Assembly: GCA_963787125.1 (NCBI GenBank)
Contig: CAWBBV010000012.1
Span: forward strand, 1 to 64,000
Source of the DNA: an uncultured delta proteobacterium
GTDB taxonomy: Bacteria; Desulfobacterota; Desulfuromonadia; Geobacterales; DSM-12255
DNA: 64,000 nucleotides
Direction: 5' to 3'
The notes under the pieces were generated by a model that worked only from the letters and a program-made list of their open reading frames with translations, had not been told where the DNA came from and did no database searches. The position numbers and the translations under genes were made by a program. Of this stretch, positions 61,586 to 64,000 are shown in pieces; position 1 is the stretch's first letter; the number at the start of each line of letters is the position of its first letter.

Positions 61586-62338
61586 TCATGCTTCAATTTG
61601 ATCTTTCATACGGTAACTTGGACCTTCGATCACCATAGTTTCAGCGTGATGAAGTAGTCGATCAAGGATGGCTGATGTCAGTGTGCTGTCATTGTTGAAG
61701 ATTTCTGGCCACTTTTTATAGGCGCGGTTAGAGGTAATGATAGTCGATCCCCTTTCGTATCGTTGGCTTATGATTTGGAAGAGGAGATCAGCGCCGTGTT
61801 TATCTATAGGGAGATAGCCGAGTTCATCGAGTATGAGAAGTGAAGGTGCCAGGTACTTTTTCAGTTCAACTTTGAGCCGACTGGCGGCCTGAGCAGCGGC
61901 AAGTGTATTGATGGCATCGATGGCAGTAGTAAAGAGCACTGATTTACCAGCAAGACAGGCTGTGTAGCCAAGAGCCGCAGCAAGATGAGTTTTACCAAGG
62001 CCAACGGTGCCGAGAAAGATAACGTTGGCTTTGTCTTCCATAAACTGCAGTCGATAGAGGTTCTGGATGGCCATGCGGTTGATCTTTTTCGGCCAACTCC
62101 AGGAGAACTGATCCAGGGTTTTTATAACCGGGAAGCGTGCACTTCTGATCCGACGAGCAGTGGCACGGTCATGGCGAAGATCAAGCTCCCCCTTGGTGAG
62201 TTGTGCAAGATATTCTTGATGACCGATCTGTTCACGGGCAGCTTTTGCCGAGATCTGGGGGTAGTGATCCGCCATAAAGGTAAGGCCCAGAGTGCGGAGG
62301 TCCGCTTCGAGCGGGTTGATGGTTGTATCGTCATTCAT
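61586..62338 (-). CDS. istB: IS21-family helper ATPase IstB
   Basis: GTVGLGKTHLA, LILDELGY, ITSN, AILDRLLHH, GPSYR. Confidence 0.96.
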   Translation of the reverse strand: MNDDTTINPLEADLRTLGLTFMADHYPQISAKAAREQIGHQEYLAQLTKGELDLRHDRATARRIRSARFPVIKTLDQFSWSWPKKINRMAIQNLYRLQFMEDKANVIFLGTVGLGKTHLAAALGYTACLAGKSVLFTTAIDAINTLAAAQAASRLKVELKKYLAPSLLILDELGYLPIDKHGADLLFQIISQRYERGSTIITSNRAYKKWPEIFNNDSTLTSAILDRLLHHAETMVIEGPSYRMKDQIEA

Positions 62339-63804
62339 GGGCTCTCCTTGGTGTCGTAAATGGATAAATCCGGCGCCTCGACTGCTATGTCGAGGAGATC
62401 AGCTCTTCGAGTGAGATGCAGAGCGCCCGGTTCAGGAATCTTTCGCGCCCGACTCTCAACGATATTGGCGATATAATCGCTGCCGACAGCATGCAGTTTC
62501 ATGGCATCGGCAATGGCGCAAGCAACGGCTTCATCACCATGAATTTCAGTCAGTGCCATGATCTTTCTGAGATGGTGCCTGGCATTTAAGTGTCGCTTGT
62601 CGAGTTCACGGTAATAATCCAGTGAACACGGTGATAACGACAGAAATCGGTGCATGATTTTCTGGTCTCTGGCGTTTTTGCGTTGCGTGATCAACTCCTT
62701 TGGGTGGTCCGGGTCCTCGAAATCCCTATTTCGTTCATAGGAGCGGCTGTGACGGGCGATCAGCCGCTCTTCGTAATAGAAACAGAGCCGGTCCGGATAT
62801 GCCTTCATGGTGAGACGTTGACCTGCCAGGCGTGCCGGGACCGAATAGCGGTTTGAATCGAGTGCTACACGGAATTGCGGTGAAGCCCGCACAGAAGTGA
62901 TAGCGCCGATATCATAAGGATGAAGGGGCAGCGGCTGCAGATGGGGCAGTTCCGTGATAAGCATGTCTGCCGGTTTACTTCTGGTCTCACCGTGGATACG
63001 AACATTGGCTATTGTATCAAGCCAGAGTTGTGCGACCGGATTGATGGCTACGAAATCAGGTAGCTCTGCGCCAGCGAGGAAATTCTTTTTGACATAGCCG
63101 ACGGCATTTTCCACCCGCCCTTTCTCATTCCCCTTGGCAACACCGCAGGCCGAGATACTGAATCCATGGTATGCAGCAAACTCGGCATATTTTGGATTGA
63201 ACACCGGCGCTTCTCCAAGGGTACGCTTCAGTACGGCACTTTTGAGATTGTCGACCATAATTCTGGCAGGGATACCACCAAAGGCACGAAAAGCGTTCTG
63301 ATGACAGGCAAGGAAATGCTCCATGGTCTGGGACACTGTGAATTCCACGTACAGCTGACGGCTGTAGCAGAGCACCATGACAAAGAAACTCAAACGGCGG
63401 GTAGTATCACCCACCCGGATTGAGCCATATGAGCCCCAGTCTACCTGAGCGCACTCTCCCGGCGCGAATGCCAGGGTCAAATAGGCTTTTTCTTTCCTGG
63501 GCCGAACCTTGCGTACAAATTTCTTCACCACCGTGTAGCCGCCGGAATAACCCTCCTCACGAAGACGCTGAAATACCTGTTGCGCCGAATAGGGGTATGA
63601 TTCAATCATCCTGACCACGGTATCCTTAAAATTGTCTAGTTTGCTTGGCCGTCTGGTGGATTTACGGGGTTGAAACTGTCTGGCGGCCAGACACCTCTTC
63701 ACGGTGCGCTCGTCGTGACCGAGTTCACGGGCGATCTGCGTGGCGGTGAGTCCCTTCTGATCAAAGAGGTGCCTGATTCTGACAAAGGTTTCATAAGTGA
63801 TCAT
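62335..63804 (-). CDS. istA: IS21-family transposase IstA
   Basis: N-terminal HTH, PGECAQVDWG, VDNLK, EKGRVE; AGGAGG RBS before 63804. Confidence 0.95.
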   Translation of the reverse strand: MITYETFVRIRHLFDQKGLTATQIARELGHDERTVKRCLAARQFQPRKSTRRPSKLDNFKDTVVRMIESYPYSAQQVFQRLREEGYSGGYTVVKKFVRKVRPRKEKAYLTLAFAPGECAQVDWGSYGSIRVGDTTRRLSFFVMVLCYSRQLYVEFTVSQTMEHFLACHQNAFRAFGGIPARIMVDNLKSAVLKRTLGEAPVFNPKYAEFAAYHGFSISACGVAKGNEKGRVENAVGYVKKNFLAGAELPDFVAINPVAQLWLDTIANVRIHGETRSKPADMLITELPHLQPLPLHPYDIGAITSVRASPQFRVALDSNRYSVPARLAGQRLTMKAYPDRLCFYYEERLIARHSRSYERNRDFEDPDHPKELITQRKNARDQKIMHRFLSLSPCSLDYYRELDKRHLNARHHLRKIMALTEIHGDEAVACAIADAMKLHAVGSDYIANIVESRARKIPEPGALHLTRRADLLDIAVEAPDLSIYDTKESP

Positions 63805-64000
63805 CTGCCACCTCCTGCAGACTTCCACCAAGAGCCAGTACTTGGTAGAGCGGCTTCTGGTAAACAACCAGTCCGGCTTTATCGAGGCAGATCCTTGCAG
63901 CGGCAAGCGTCGGTATGTTCAAGGAGAGACGCTCGCACAGGGAAACATCGGAGTAGTAGCTGAGGCCCTGACAGTCGGCAACAGTAACGAGGAAGAGATA
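63791..64000 (-). CDS. Partial accessory ORF upstream of istA (HTH-like; 5' end outside the window, absent from the ORF track)
   Basis: Open frame YLFLVTVADCQGLSYYSDVSLCERLSLNIPTLAAARICLDKAGLVVYQKPLYQVLALGGSLQEVADDHL* overlapping the istA start. Confidence 0.7.
   Translation of the reverse strand, partial: YLFLVTVADCQGLSYYSDVSLCERLSLNIPTLAAARICLDKAGLVVYQKPLYQVLALGGSLQEVADDHL

Larger units (their letters stand above)
59029..64000. mobile_element. Probable left edge of a genomic island integrated at tRNA-Val
   Basis: AGGGGTTA/TAACCCCT dyad and tandem GTGTAACCTCT repeats right after the tRNA, followed by orphan ORFs and an IS. No integrase or second att in the window. Confidence 0.55.
61480..64000 (-). 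mobile_element. IS21-family element (other end outside the window)
   Basis: istA-istB; end begins TGTGAGCGGCAC with an internal GGCAC...ATG repeat as in IS21 ends. Confidence 0.8.

Overview
Chromosomal window from a Geobacteraceae-like Desulfobacterota genome (inferred from gene content and order). Housekeeping blocks: cobO/B12-binding/meaB, dsbC, eno, dedA; ROK kinase, maeB; 7TM-HD/ybeY/dgkA/corC/lnt; tig-clpP-clpX-lon; tRNA-Asp and tRNA-Val. A sigma54 two-component system precedes a 16-kb chemosensory cluster (three long MCPs, P2-less CheA, two CheR around a HEAT-repeat protein, CheB). The richest part is 31.4-39.6 kb, an integrase-less, decaying integron cassette array not shown by the ORF track. 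It has 4-5 attC sites, orphan cassettes and an inverted YefM-YoeB cassette whose toxin has a premature amber stop. Three kinds of element have invaded it. (1) A group II intron with non-canonical termini and catalytic triad sits in the top strand of an attC R' core that its EBS1 loop complements. (2) A pair of small GGGGAC-ended non-coding elements, one ending in an 8 x 19-bp tandem amplification. (3) An IS110 with a 250-nt downstream non-coding region (candidate bridge/seek RNA) inserted inside one of those elements. Other signals: a DnaA-box/IHF cluster at 1.7-2.0 kb, a frameshifted diguanylate cyclase, a 164-bp MITE, and an island edge after tRNA-Val interrupted by a three-ORF IS21-family element. 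All calls come from reading the sequence; no searches were run.
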